Origin: Alphaproteobacteria bacterium GM7ARS4
GTDB lineage: Bacteria > Pseudomonadota > Alphaproteobacteria > GM7ARS4
DNA: 64,000 nt
NCBI GenBank assembly: GCA_014332745.1
Contig: JACONL010000003.1
Location: 38,207 to 102,206, forward strand
Direction: 5' to 3'
Shown: in pieces, positions 36,212 to 45,238 of the stretch
How the letters are laid out: every line of letters starts with the position of its first letter
Numbering within the stretch: position 1 is the stretch's first letter
The notes under the pieces: generated by a model
What the model was told of the DNA's origin: nothing
Databases searched by the model: none
What the model saw: only the letters and a program-made list of their open reading frames with translations
Position numbers and translations under genes: made by a program

Positions 36212-37353
36212 CGGGGTGTTGTCATGCGTTGCCTTATCTGTTCATAGAGGCTATCGAAGCGTTTGTTGATGATACTTTGGCGTATTTTTGCCATAAGGCT
36301 TTGATAAAAGAAGAGGTTATGGAGGGTGAGGAGTGTGGCAGCGAGGATTTCTTTCTTTTTAAAGAGGTGATGTAGATAGCTCTTCGAGTAATGTGTGCAG
36401 AGGGGGCATGGGCATGTTGGGTCGAGAGGGGATGTGTCATATCGGTGGCATGCATTCATCATGTTGATTTCGCCATCCCATGTGAATGCTTTGGCTGTGC
36501 GTCCACAGCGTGTTGGCAGGACGCAATCGACCATGTCGATACCGCGTTTGACGGCATCGAGGATATCGAGGGGTCGTCCCACGCCCATGAGATAGCGAGG
36601 TTTCTCTTGGGGCATGAAGGCTATTGTCGCATCGAGGGTGCGATTGCGTTGTGTGGCATGTTCGCCCACTGAGAGTCCTCCTATGGCATAGCCATGGAAA
36701 GGAGAGGTCGCGAGGGTTTCGGCACAGCGGCGACGTAAGTTCTCATCGAGGCCGCCTTGGATGATGGCAAAAAGACCGTAGCCATGTCGTTGCTGATAAT
36801 GTTCTAGGCTAGATGACGCCCAGCGGCATGTCCTGTGGACGCTTTGCTCTAAGAGAGCGGTATCACTATCCCATGGCACGCACATATCGAGGACCATGGA
36901 GATGGTGCTATTGAACAGATATTGCGCCTCGATGACGGATTGTGGTGTGAGGCGTCTCTTATGTCCGTCAATGGGCGAGCGGAAGGATGCTCCATGGTCA
37001 TCCACGTCACACAAGCGAGCGAGAGACCATATTTGGAAGCCTCCCGAGTCCGTCAAGATGGGTTTATGCCATTGCATGAAGTTGTGTAGCCCGAGGTGGC
37101 GTTCTATAACGTCGCAACCGGGACGTTCTATAAGGTGATATGTATTGGCGAGGATGATGTGTGTGCCTGTGCTTGTGACGGATGTGCTCTCCACGCCTTT
37201 GATGGATGCATAGGTGCCGACGGGCATAAAGCATGGTGTGTCGATGGTGCCGTGGGCGGTTGTGATGTGTCCGCACCGCGCATGGCGGTCTTGGGCGAGG
37301 ATGTGGAAGTCTACCATGGAGAAGGGCGTCTTGGCATGTGTGGGAGCAAGCAT
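36208..37353 (-). CDS. tgt: tRNA-guanine transglycosylase (queuine tRNA-ribosyltransferase)
   Basis: 381 aa with TPCFMPVGT, DSGGFQ and the zinc site CPCPLCTHYS..YLHHL. Confidence 0.95.
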   Translation of the reverse strand: MLAPTHAKTPFSMVDFHILAQDRHARCGHITTAHGTIDTPCFMPVGTYASIKGVESTSVTSTGTHIILANTYHLIERPGCDVIERHLGLHNFMQWHKPILTDSGGFQIWSLARLCDVDDHGASFRSPIDGHKRRLTPQSVIEAQYLFNSTISMVLDMCVPWDSDTALLEQSVHRTCRWASSSLEHYQQRHGYGLFAIIQGGLDENLRRRCAETLATSPFHGYAIGGLSVGEHATQRNRTLDATIAFMPQEKPRYLMGVGRPLDILDAVKRGIDMVDCVLPTRCGRTAKAFTWDGEINMMNACHRYDTSPLDPTCPCPLCTHYSKSYLHHLFKKKEILAATLLTLHNLFFYQSLMAKIRQSIINKRFDSLYEQIRQRMTTPR

Positions 37354-38441
37354 GCGTCGCCATAGGAATAAAATCGGTATCCGGTGCGGATGGCATGACG
37401 ATAGAGCCTGTGCATCGTTGTGTAGCCACTAAAGGCGCAGACGAGCATAAAGAGGGTTGTGCGTGGTTGATGGAAGTTCGTCAAGAGATAGTCGGCACAG
37501 CGGAATCGGTATCGAGGCGTGATGAAGAGTTTTGTGATGCCTTGCCATGGGGTGATATATCCCTGTCGTGAGGCGCATGTTTCGAGCATGCGTAAGCTCG
37601 TTGTGCCGACGGCGATGATGCGTCCTCCTTGTTGCTTTGTGCGATTGATGAGTCGCGCTGTGGTGTTTGGCATGAGGCCATACTCGCCATGCATGGGATG
37701 CTGTTCGATATGGTCGTGGCGTATGGGCTGGAATGTGCCAGCGCCTACATAGAGCGTCAGGGGGGCAATAGAGATGGCATGGCGTTTGAGGGCATAGAGG
37801 ATACGGGGCGTGAAATGGAGTCCAGCTGTAGGGCTAGCGATAGCGCTATGTGTCTGGTCTTGTGGTGCTCGATGTGCCTGTGTGGAGAAAATTGTCTGAT
37901 AGTCTTGTTCGTCGCGTCTGTCGCTGGTTCGTTTTTTTTCGATATAAGGGGGAAGGGGCATGACACCAAAACGTTCGAGGGCATGGCGCAATTGTTCCCA
38001 TGAACATGGGAAAGACACAATGGATGTGCCATCTTCGTGATGTTGTTCCACTGTGGCTGTCGGTATATCTTTGATGATAATGGATGTTTTTGGCGGGATT
38101 TTTTTTCGAGGTTTCACCATAGCGCGCCATGCGTGGCCTATACCATCTGGGGTGTGCTGTTCTTGTGGCAGAGGATGGCAGAGGAGGATGTCGCATGGCC
38201 GATTGTTATGGCGCGTGCGCCCTTTGAGGCGCGCTTTTATGACTTTGACGTTGTTGATGACGAGGGTATCGCCAGCTTTTAGGATAGCGGGGAGTTGGTC
38301 GATTCGTGCGTGCTGATGAGGCGTTTTATGGTGGAGGCGGGAGTCGTTGAGGATAAGGAGACGCGCTTTATCTCTTATGGGGTGTGGTCGCAAGGCGATG
38401 CGCACCCCATGGCAAGGATAGGTGAAAAGGGCTGTTTTCAT
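37311..38441 (-). CDS. queA: S-adenosylmethionine:tRNA ribosyltransferase-isomerase
   Basis: 376 aa with LPPYI, AGLHFT, VGAGTFQP and VGTTSLRMLE. The listed ORF overlaps the tgt ORF, so the tgt start is probably internal. Confidence 0.9.
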   Translation of the reverse strand: MKTALFTYPCHGVRIALRPHPIRDKARLLILNDSRLHHKTPHQHARIDQLPAILKAGDTLVINNVKVIKARLKGRTRHNNRPCDILLCHPLPQEQHTPDGIGHAWRAMVKPRKKIPPKTSIIIKDIPTATVEQHHEDGTSIVSFPCSWEQLRHALERFGVMPLPPYIEKKRTSDRRDEQDYQTIFSTQAHRAPQDQTHSAIASPTAGLHFTPRILYALKRHAISIAPLTLYVGAGTFQPIRHDHIEQHPMHGEYGLMPNTTARLINRTKQQGGRIIAVGTTSLRMLETCASRQGYITPWQGITKLFITPRYRFRCADYLLTNFHQPRTTLFMLVCAFSGYTTMHRLYRHAIRTGYRFYSYGDACLLPHMPRRPSPW

Positions 38442-38565
38442 GGTGTTTGTCTATAGAAATGTTTTCGATATGTCGATATGTATGGTATAGAGTATGTGTT
38501 CTTACGGGGCGTGTGGGGAGAATGATGGGATGATAGGCAGTGTGATAGGGAGGTGAGGGCGAGAG

Positions 38566-40329
38566 ATGTCTTTTGAGCGTGATGAGTCGCGTGGTCGTCG
38601 GTCTGGACGTAAGAAGATAGGCTTATGGCGTGCGTTCATCGATTTCTGCTGGGCCTTATATGATTCGTGCGTGAGTCTTGTGCGCGTGACGGTTCAGAGG
38701 GTTATCCTGCCCCTTGCGCGTGGCAAATGGCGTGTTTTGCTGTGGTTATCGCGTCAATTATTCTATGCCAGCAAGCATGGTCTTATCATGGTGTGGGCGG
38801 TTGTTTGGCGTTATCCTATCAGTTTGCTCGTTGTGCCGGGGGTTGTGCTGTTGAGTGTGTATTCTATCCCTAAGATGATTGATTGGTCGTCACTTTATGG
38901 TGAGCGTATACAGCGCTATGTGGAACAGAGCGTTGAGCGTTCTTTTTCTTTTCAGGACATAGCGTTTGCGATTTTACCGACGCCGCGTCTTGTTTTGTAT
39001 GATGTTGTGTTGAGGAATATCAAGGGTGGCGGGTTTGACGATAGTCTGTATGCGCGGCGTCTCAGCATGACGTTCAAATGGTGGAGTTTGTTGCGTGGGT
39101 CGTTTGATGTGCAAAACATTGATATGCATCAGGGGGTTCTCTATCTAGAGACATTGCAGAAGGGCGTTCATAATTGGGACTTTGCCGAATTGGAGCATCA
39201 GGGGCGCGAGGCGTCGCGTCGTCAGACGAAGAAGGGGGATGGCCGTCCTGCTGTGGCGGAGGCGTCTGTGGCTGAGGAGGAGAGCGTTCCCTTCCATGCC
39301 CTTGGGGTGTCTGAGTCGGTGATTGTGTGGCGGCGTGCCCACAGGCCGTGTTACGAGGGGATGGAAGACGTTTTTCGGGATACGGTCGTTTCTCTCCATC
39401 CGTCTTTTGTCGTGAAGAAGGGTTTATGCGCCCATGTCGTGTCAGTGGTGCGTGACGTGGATATTTATATCGATAGGCACGGAGACGATAAGCGCGGTGT
39501 GGCTGTCGCGGGTGATGACGTAGACTTTTCCTTCCTCTATCGCCATGAGCTCCATGTGGAGGGTCGTGTCGAGAGCATCATATGGCAAGGCTGGTCGTTA
39601 AGTGATGGGTATGTGGATTTTTCTATGGGGGATGGGGAATTGGTCTTGGATGACATGTCTGGTGGTATCAACGACGGGTTTATTGATGCGCGTGGCTTTA
39701 TCGAGCATACCCATGGGGATGGTGGGAATTCGTCTTTATCCTATGGCTTGGACTTAGCGTGCGAGGGGGTTGCCTTTCCAGATGGTGAATGGCTTACGGA
39801 TTGGAATCATAACGTTGTGCGCGGCCATTCATCCATTGACATTGAGGTGGAAGGCGATGTGCCGAGCATGTCAATGGATGACATCAAGGCGTCGCTACAG
39901 GGGGAGGCGCGTTTTCTTCTCAAGGAAGCGTATGTGCGTGGTCCTTATGCGCGTGGCATTATGCAGTTGCTAGAAGCCCGTCACGGGACGGGATTTTTAG
40001 GTGTGTTGGCGGAGGCTGTGCTTGGTAGTTCATTAGCGCCTATTTCGTCGGGGCGTTTTGATGTCGCCATACGTGATGGCGTCATTAAGAGCGATAATAT
40101 CCAGCTCAATGTGGGTCACTTCGCGCCTGCGTCTCAAGAAGAGCTGGAGGAGTCGAGACGTTCGACTCAGTTGCGTGGTTGGCTCGAGGCGAGTATTCCT
40201 CGCAATTTCATTGAGTCGCGCCTCAATATCTATACGCCAGACGGAGGCTTATTCGCTGATGTCGGGTTGGACATCATGGGGAGTCTTGATGCGCCGACTG
40301 TGTCCCTTCATGGCATTGGTGGTTTCTAG
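38566..40329 (+). CDS. AsmA-family outer-membrane biogenesis protein
   Basis: 587 aa with an N-terminal TM anchor and the AsmA-like segment FSFQDIAFAILPTPRLVLYDVVLRN. Assigned by eye. Confidence 0.5.
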   Translation: MSFERDESRGRRSGRKKIGLWRAFIDFCWALYDSCVSLVRVTVQRVILPLARGKWRVLLWLSRQLFYASKHGLIMVWAVVWRYPISLLVVPGVVLLSVYSIPKMIDWSSLYGERIQRYVEQSVERSFSFQDIAFAILPTPRLVLYDVVLRNIKGGGFDDSLYARRLSMTFKWWSLLRGSFDVQNIDMHQGVLYLETLQKGVHNWDFAELEHQGREASRRQTKKGDGRPAVAEASVAEEESVPFHALGVSESVIVWRRAHRPCYEGMEDVFRDTVVSLHPSFVVKKGLCAHVVSVVRDVDIYIDRHGDDKRGVAVAGDDVDFSFLYRHELHVEGRVESIIWQGWSLSDGYVDFSMGDGELVLDDMSGGINDGFIDARGFIEHTHGDGGNSSLSYGLDLACEGVAFPDGEWLTDWNHNVVRGHSSIDIEVEGDVPSMSMDDIKASLQGEARFLLKEAYVRGPYARGIMQLLEARHGTGFLGVLAEAVLGSSLAPISSGRFDVAIRDGVIKSDNIQLNVGHFAPASQEELEESRRSTQLRGWLEASIPRNFIESRLNIYTPDGGLFADVGLDIMGSLDAPTVSLHGIGGF

Positions 40330-40382
40330 GGCGTGAGGGGTGTGTGGCGTGACGTAGGGCGGGGTGGGGGTATGGGCGCTAT

Positions 40383-41846
40383 TTATGGCGCTTTTTTGAG
40401 TTTTTCTTGTAAGAGGGCATTGACTTTTTGTGGGTGCGCCTTTCCTTTCGTTTCGCGCATGATTTCGCCGACGAAGAAGCCGAGCAGTCGCGTTTTTCCT
40501 TGTTGGTATGCTGTTACTTTATCGGGGTGTGCTTGGAGGAGGGCGTGAATTTTTGCGTTGAGGACGTTATCGTCGCTTATTTGTGCGAGATTTTCTTGTT
40601 GGATGATGTCCCGTGCGGTTTTTCCGCTTGTAGCCATGGTGATAAGGACATCTTTTGCTGTGCGCTCTGAGAGAGTTCCGTCCTCGACAGCGTCAATGAG
40701 GGCGCTGAGGCGTTGGGGGCTAATGGGTGAGTCTTGTATGGGGGTTTGGCGTTTATTGAGGAGGGCGAAGAGGGGGCCTATGACCCAGCGGGCGGCTTGG
40801 ACGGGGTTCGTTGTGCGCGCCGTTTCTTCGAAGAATTGCGCGATGTCGCGCTCGGCAACGAGGAGGGCGACATCGTCTTTTTTGAGGCCATAGTCTTTGA
40901 GGAAACGTTGATATTTTTCTCTTGGGCGTTCGGGCAATTGCTCTTTGAGTTTTTGTATGCGCGCTGGGTCAAGGACGAGGGGCGGCAGGTCTGGGTCGGG
41001 GAAATAGCGGTAATCATGGGCTTCTTCCTTCGAGCGCATGGCATAGGTGCGTTGGGTGTTGGTATTGAAGAGGCGTGTTTGTTGGGTGATGGTCTGTCCT
41101 TTTTCTCTGAGGCTGATGTGGCGTTGCGCTTCATAGTCGATGGCTTGTTGGATGAATCGCATGGAGTTGAGATTTTTGATTTCACAGCGTGTGCCAAGGG
41201 GTTCATGGGGTTGGCGCACTGAGACATTGACGTCGGCGCGTAGGTTGCCTGCTTCCATGTTGCCGTCGCATGTGCCGAGATAGCGTAAGAGTTGGCGTAT
41301 GGCGTGCATGAGGGAGACAGCTTCGCCGCTAGAGCGCAAGCTGGGTTCGAAGACGATCTCCATGAGTCCGACACCGCTACGGTTGAGGTCAATGGCGGTG
41401 GCGTGGGGGAAGAGGTCGTGGAGACTTTTACCGGCGTCTTGTTCGATATGGAGGCGGGTGAGGGGAATATCTTTAGGCTGTCCCTTATCGTCATCGATGG
41501 TGATATGTCCGCCTAAGGCGATGGGCTTGTGATATTGGGAGATTTGGTAGCCTTGAGGCAAGTCGGGATAAAAATAATGTTTGCGGTCGAAGAGGGAGAC
41601 ATGTTGGATGTCGGCATCGAAGGCGAGGGCGGTGGTGATAGCTTGGTCGATGCACTTTTGGTTGGGTATGGGGAGCATGCCGGGCATGGCGGCATCGATG
41701 AGGCTCACAGAGCTATTGGCGTCGGCAAAGGGCTGGGTGCTGGTGCGCGAGAAGAGTTTTGATGTGCTGGCAATTTGGGCATGGACTTCTAACCCGATAA
41801 CGATGTCCCATGACGTTGATGGGGCGGATGATGGGGTGCGAGGCAT
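40383..41846 (-). CDS. gatB: Asp-tRNA(Asn)/Glu-tRNA(Gln) amidotransferase subunit B
   Basis: 487 aa with WDIVIGLEVHAQI, RKHYFYPDLPQGYQISQ and a C-terminal YqeY-like domain. Confidence 0.95.
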   Translation of the reverse strand: MPRTPSSAPSTSWDIVIGLEVHAQIASTSKLFSRTSTQPFADANSSVSLIDAAMPGMLPIPNQKCIDQAITTALAFDADIQHVSLFDRKHYFYPDLPQGYQISQYHKPIALGGHITIDDDKGQPKDIPLTRLHIEQDAGKSLHDLFPHATAIDLNRSGVGLMEIVFEPSLRSSGEAVSLMHAIRQLLRYLGTCDGNMEAGNLRADVNVSVRQPHEPLGTRCEIKNLNSMRFIQQAIDYEAQRHISLREKGQTITQQTRLFNTNTQRTYAMRSKEEAHDYRYFPDPDLPPLVLDPARIQKLKEQLPERPREKYQRFLKDYGLKKDDVALLVAERDIAQFFEETARTTNPVQAARWVIGPLFALLNKRQTPIQDSPISPQRLSALIDAVEDGTLSERTAKDVLITMATSGKTARDIIQQENLAQISDDNVLNAKIHALLQAHPDKVTAYQQGKTRLLGFFVGEIMRETKGKAHPQKVNALLQEKLKKAP

Positions 41847-42008
41847 AGGGCGTGTCCTACGATGGTCTTGACGAGGGGCTCAGCACCCCATACTATAGGC
41901 TTTCATCCCCCATGTCTATCTTATGGCGTAGGTTTCCTCATGCCATCCATTCGAGCCTTGTTTCTCACGAGAGTTTGTCCTCTTAAGGAAAGGGTATTCA
42001 TGGCCATG

Positions 42009-42082
42009 TCGGAGTGAGAGGATTTGAACCTCCGACCCCTACGTCCCGAACGTAGTGCTCTACCAAGCTGAGCTACACTCCG
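42009..42082 (-). tRNA. tRNA-Pro (anticodon CGG), CCA not encoded
   Basis: The reverse complement folds with acceptor cggagtg/cactccg, D arm gctc-agcttggta-gagc, anticodon stem ctacg/cgtag with loop ttCGGga, and T arm ggagg-ttcaaat-cctct. Confidence 0.85.
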
Positions 42083-42155
42083 TCTTTCCCTTATAGCCTA
42101 AAAAGGGCGGGTTGCCATCGCCTACGTTCGTGCCTGTCATGCATAATATATGTCA

Positions 42156-42965
42156 TCATGCTTGACGCGCCGTCATGGCATACAAGGCAATGCCAGCGCT
42201 GACAGAGACATTGAGGGATGTCTCTGGCAAACAAGCGTCTCTCTCTCCATCTTTCCCCGCACCCGCATATGTCTCTCCACGGGCATACGGAATAGAGACG
42301 AGGTTATCACAATGGGCGCGGGTGAGGTGACGCAACCCTCTTCCCTCCTGTCCCATGACGAGCACGCGCTGTGACGGCATGGAACAAGCGCACACGGCAG
42401 GCAACGTTGTCTTGCCATGGGCATCGAGGCCAAAAATATGAAAGCCTTGTGTCTTAAGGAAGAGGAGAGCGTGATGGACGTTGCTGATAGGGAGAAGCGG
42501 GACATGCTCTATGCCGCCGCATGCGGTTTTGGCGATGACACCATTGAGAGGCGGGCTATGGCGCGCCGTTGTCAGCACGCCATCGACTCCAAACACCCAT
42601 GCCGAGCGGATGATAGCGCCGATATTATGCGGGTCTTGTATGTGATCCAGTATGACGAGCATGGTTTTATCGCGACAATACGTCTTCCATGGAGGACAAG
42701 CGAGGGGCGAGACATGCGCTGCCACGCCTTGGTGGACGGCATGGGGTGGCAAGACCGACTCCAATTGTCGTTGGGGGACGATATGGAGATGCCCCTCTTG
42801 TTGTCCTTGTCTGTGGGCTTGGGCGATGGCGTAGAGAGGATGATGTGCGCCATCTTTGCGTTCTTGTATCCATATCCTATGGACGTGTCTGTGGCGATTG
42901 AGAAGCGCCTCCCGCACAGCATGGATGCCATAGAGCCATGGATGTTTGTCGATATTTTTTTTCAT
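42156..42965 (-). CDS. rlmB: SpoU/TrmH-family 23S rRNA (guanosine-2'-O)-methyltransferase RlmB
   Basis: 269 aa with LYGIHAVREALLN and ILDHIQDPHNIGAIIRSA. Confidence 0.85.
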   Translation of the reverse strand: MKKNIDKHPWLYGIHAVREALLNRHRHVHRIWIQERKDGAHHPLYAIAQAHRQGQQEGHLHIVPQRQLESVLPPHAVHQGVAAHVSPLACPPWKTYCRDKTMLVILDHIQDPHNIGAIIRSAWVFGVDGVLTTARHSPPLNGVIAKTACGGIEHVPLLPISNVHHALLFLKTQGFHIFGLDAHGKTTLPAVCACSMPSQRVLVMGQEGRGLRHLTRAHCDNLVSIPYARGETYAGAGKDGERDACLPETSLNVSVSAGIALYAMTARQA

Positions 42966-43360
42966 GGATTCTTGAAGATGCCCGTGGTTTTCATATTACG
43001 ATCACAGGAAAGCAGATGGATGTGGGAGAGAGTTTACGCCGCTATACCCAAGAGCATATGGAACATATGGCGTCTAAGTATTTTGACCATCCCATTGAGG
43101 GCACAGTGCATTTCTATCACGAGCGCAATCGCTTTGGCTGTGAGATGTCCATCCATGTGGGACAGCATATCCATTGTGAGAGTCATGCCGAATCGCATGA
43201 CCCTTATCGTTCAGCGCGTCAATCTTTAGACCGTATCGAGAAGCAGTTACGCCGTTCTAAAAGAAAATTGCGCGACCACCATCAGAAAGAGCGTGTTGCC
43301 TTTCGCTGGCGGGAGGCGTTCTCTCCCCTGTTCAGCTGGCGCAAGAAAAAAAGGCTCTAG
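42938..43360 (+). CDS. hpf: Ribosome hibernation promoting factor (sigma-54 modulation protein family)
   Basis: 140 aa as listed. The HPF core begins at HITITGKQMDVGESLRRY. There is no ATG/GTG/TTG near that point, so the listed start overlaps the divergent rlmB start by 28 nt. Confidence 0.75.
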   Translation: MDVCRYFFSWILEDARGFHITITGKQMDVGESLRRYTQEHMEHMASKYFDHPIEGTVHFYHERNRFGCEMSIHVGQHIHCESHAESHDPYRSARQSLDRIEKQLRRSKRKLRDHHQKERVAFRWREAFSPLFSWRKKKRL

Positions 43361-43362
43361 GC

Positions 43363-43809
43363 ATGGCATTGGCGTCCCTTATTCCAGCAGAACAGGTTTT
43401 CTCTCAGGTGAGGGTGGCGAGTAAAAAGCAGCTCTTCGATGAAGTCGCTTTGAGGATGGCGTCTTATATGGGATGTGCGGAGCAGACCATTCTCGATGTT
43501 CTTCTTGAAAGGGAGAGGCTTGGTTCTACCAGTGTCGGCAATGGCATGGCCATTCCCCATGGGAAAATTGACGGGATAGAACGTATCTATGGGTTATTAA
43601 TGACGCTAGAGCATGCCATTGATTTCGATGCCCATGACGGACAGCATGTGGATATTGTCTGTGCGCTCATTGCTCCCGCCGACGAGGGAGGCGACCATCT
43701 CAGGGCGCTCTCTGTCGTCTCGAGGTTTTTGCGTGATAAAAACACGAGCATGCACCTACGCAACGCTAAGAGCCACCATGATATTATCGCTCTTCTTGGG
43801 TCCTCTTAA
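43363..43809 (+). CDS. ptsN: PTS IIA-like nitrogen regulatory protein PtsN (EIIA-Ntr)
   Basis: 148 aa with the phosphorylation-site region ERERLGSTSVGNGMAIPHGK. Confidence 0.85.
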   Translation: MALASLIPAEQVFSQVRVASKKQLFDEVALRMASYMGCAEQTILDVLLERERLGSTSVGNGMAIPHGKIDGIERIYGLLMTLEHAIDFDAHDGQHVDIVCALIAPADEGGDHLRALSVVSRFLRDKNTSMHLRNAKSHHDIIALLGSS

Positions 43810-43998
43810 AGGAAAGAATTGGTTATATCGGTAGGTGCGTAAAAATTCCACAGCGCGTTCTGTGTTGCACTCTGTGCAGATGTAATTCGAGTCGGCGTCA
43901 TAGATTTCACAACGATGGTCTTTGTCTTCTGAAAGAATAAGAATCCACGCAAACGGGGATGGCGGGAGTTTTCCTTGATAAAAGGGTGGTGCTGTCAT
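43756..43998 (-). CDS. Small hypothetical protein downstream of hsp20 (possibly DUF1150-like)
   Basis: 80 aa. Its position after hsp20 and its size recall DUF1150 proteins. The 3' end overlaps the convergent ptsN by 54 nt. Weak assignment. Confidence 0.35.
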   Translation of the reverse strand: MTAPPFYQGKLPPSPFAWILILSEDKDHRCEIYDADSNYICTECNTERAVEFLRTYRYNQFFPLRGPKKSDNIMVALSVA

Positions 43999-44228
43999 GC
44001 TGTTCTCCTGTCGAGGTGTTCATGCTCTTGTCTCCCCATATGGCGACGCCCATATCCGCTGGGCGCTTGTGGCGTGTGGTTGGTGCGAGTCGAGAGATGT
44101 CGCAACCCCATTGCACGTTTTACTACGTGTGCAGCACAGCACTTTTGTGTGATAATTCTTTTTGCAGAACATGGTGTGCGCCCCCCCCATGCCCCCCCTT
44201 ATGCCCCACACGGCACGCGCCTGTGACG

Positions 44229-44753
44229 TTAGGCGTCTACTTTTTGTGCCGTTTTATCGCCTTTGGTGGCGATGAGGGTTGGCGCTTCGCCATGCCTGAC
44301 GGCAATATGCTGGGCGCGTTTCTCGAGGGATGGACGCACCACGTCGATGGACAAAAGCCCCTCACGCATGGATGCATCACGCACCTCCATGCCTTCCGCC
44401 AGAGCAAAGACACGCTTAAAGGCGCGGTTGGCAATGCCCTTATGGATGAAGGCACAGGACGTGTTCTCCTCTGTGTCCGTGGCGTCATCGGATGACACCA
44501 TGTCGTGATGGTTGCCTTCCACGTGCAATTGGTTGTCGTGGACCCACACCTTGACATTCTCGGGAGAGAAGCCAGCGACAGCGAGGGTAATGCGGAACGC
44601 ATCATCCTTGTCATCGGTCTTGACTCGCTCGATGTTGAAGGGAGGATAACCAACACCCGAGCCCCCCATGGGATAGCGGTGGGTGAAATCCTCTAGCATG
44701 GACTCCAGATGGTCGAAGCCCAGCATGAGCGGATGATTGAAGAAACTATTCAT
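44229..44753 (-). CDS. Small heat-shock protein (Hsp20/alpha-crystallin family)
   Basis: Alpha-crystallin domain (FNIERVKTDDKDDAFRITLAVAGFSPENVKVWVHDNQLHVEG ... GLLSIDVVR). I chose ATG 44753 (MNSFFNHPLMLGF) because GAGGAGG lies 6 nt upstream; the track ORF starts at 44810. Confidence 0.85.
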   Translation of the reverse strand: MNSFFNHPLMLGFDHLESMLEDFTHRYPMGGSGVGYPPFNIERVKTDDKDDAFRITLAVAGFSPENVKVWVHDNQLHVEGNHHDMVSSDDATDTEENTSCAFIHKGIANRAFKRVFALAEGMEVRDASMREGLLSIDVVRPSLEKRAQHIAVRHGEAPTLIATKGDKTAQKVDA

Positions 44754-44780
44754 AACAAACCTCCTCGTTAGCGTTTGTTG
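44754..44780 (-). promoter_or_regulatory. AU-rich hairpin enclosing the hsp20 Shine-Dalgarno (candidate RNA thermometer element)
   Basis: The minus strand reads AACAAAC-gctaacGAGGAG-GTTTGTT immediately before the ATG. An upstream 8-bp hairpin (gctgtctg...cggacagc) is also present. Confidence 0.3.
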
Positions 44781-44970
44781 ATGCTGTCCGTTGTATCTCT
44801 CACGAATCACAAGCAGACAGCCGATGATGATAGATGATCCACGGGCACGGGATATGTCACCTCTGTACGAGCATGCATGCGTCCCGAGGACTACTCAATA
44901 GGTAGGAAGGACATGTCTTCCTGTCAAGGGCGTCACGATAAAAATCTGGTGACATCCATGAGGTATGCAT

Positions 44971-45006
44971 GGGGGGTATGCCTGGGGGTATGTGTGGGGG
45001 TATGCG
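44971..45006. repeat. 12-bp tandem repeat x3 (G-run + TATG)
   Basis: ggggggtatgcc / tgggggtatgtg / tgggggtatgcg, intergenic between the 75-aa ORF stop (45011) and the hsp20 upstream region. Confidence 0.85.
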
Positions 45007-45010
45007 CAGT

Positions 45011-45238
45011 CTAGTAGGGTGTCTCTTCCTTCTCTTCTTCGATGTTACGGGCTAATGAGCGGACATCTTCATCAATATCGAGGACGATCGACTCGATAAT
45101 GTCGAGACGTTCTGTCACGCTCTCTTGAATATCGATATTTTGAATGAGAACGGTGATGTGGAGCGTGAGCAACATGACCAGCAAACCCAAGATAAGGACA
45201 ATGGGAGGATTCATATCTTGCATAGTAACAACGGGCAT
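45011..45238 (-). CDS. Small single-pass membrane protein with an acidic C-terminus
   Basis: 75 aa. It directly abuts the stop of the CDP-alcohol phosphatidyltransferase gene. TM segment PPIVLILGLLVMLLTLHITVLI. Confidence 0.45.
   Translation of the reverse strand: MPVVTMQDMNPPIVLILGLLVMLLTLHITVLIQNIDIQESVTERLDIIESIVLDIDEDVRSLARNIEEEKEETPY

Noticed and set aside
40778-41494. 238-aa minus-strand ORF and several plus-strand ORFs within 40383-41846
   Set aside because: They are alternative frames of, or antisense to, the well-supported gatB gene, with Ser/Pro/Thr-rich nonsense composition.
42417-43229. 270-aa plus-strand ORF
   Set aside because: It is antisense to rlmB and out of frame with hpf, both of which have clear family motifs.
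44896-44928. Sigma-32 (RpoH) promoter upstream of hsp20 (CTTGACA ... CCTATTG)
   Set aside because: The spacing from CTTG to CCTAT is about 22 nt, whereas I recall about 17-18 nt for alphaproteobacterial RpoH promoters. I keep it only as a generic TTGACA -35 candidate.
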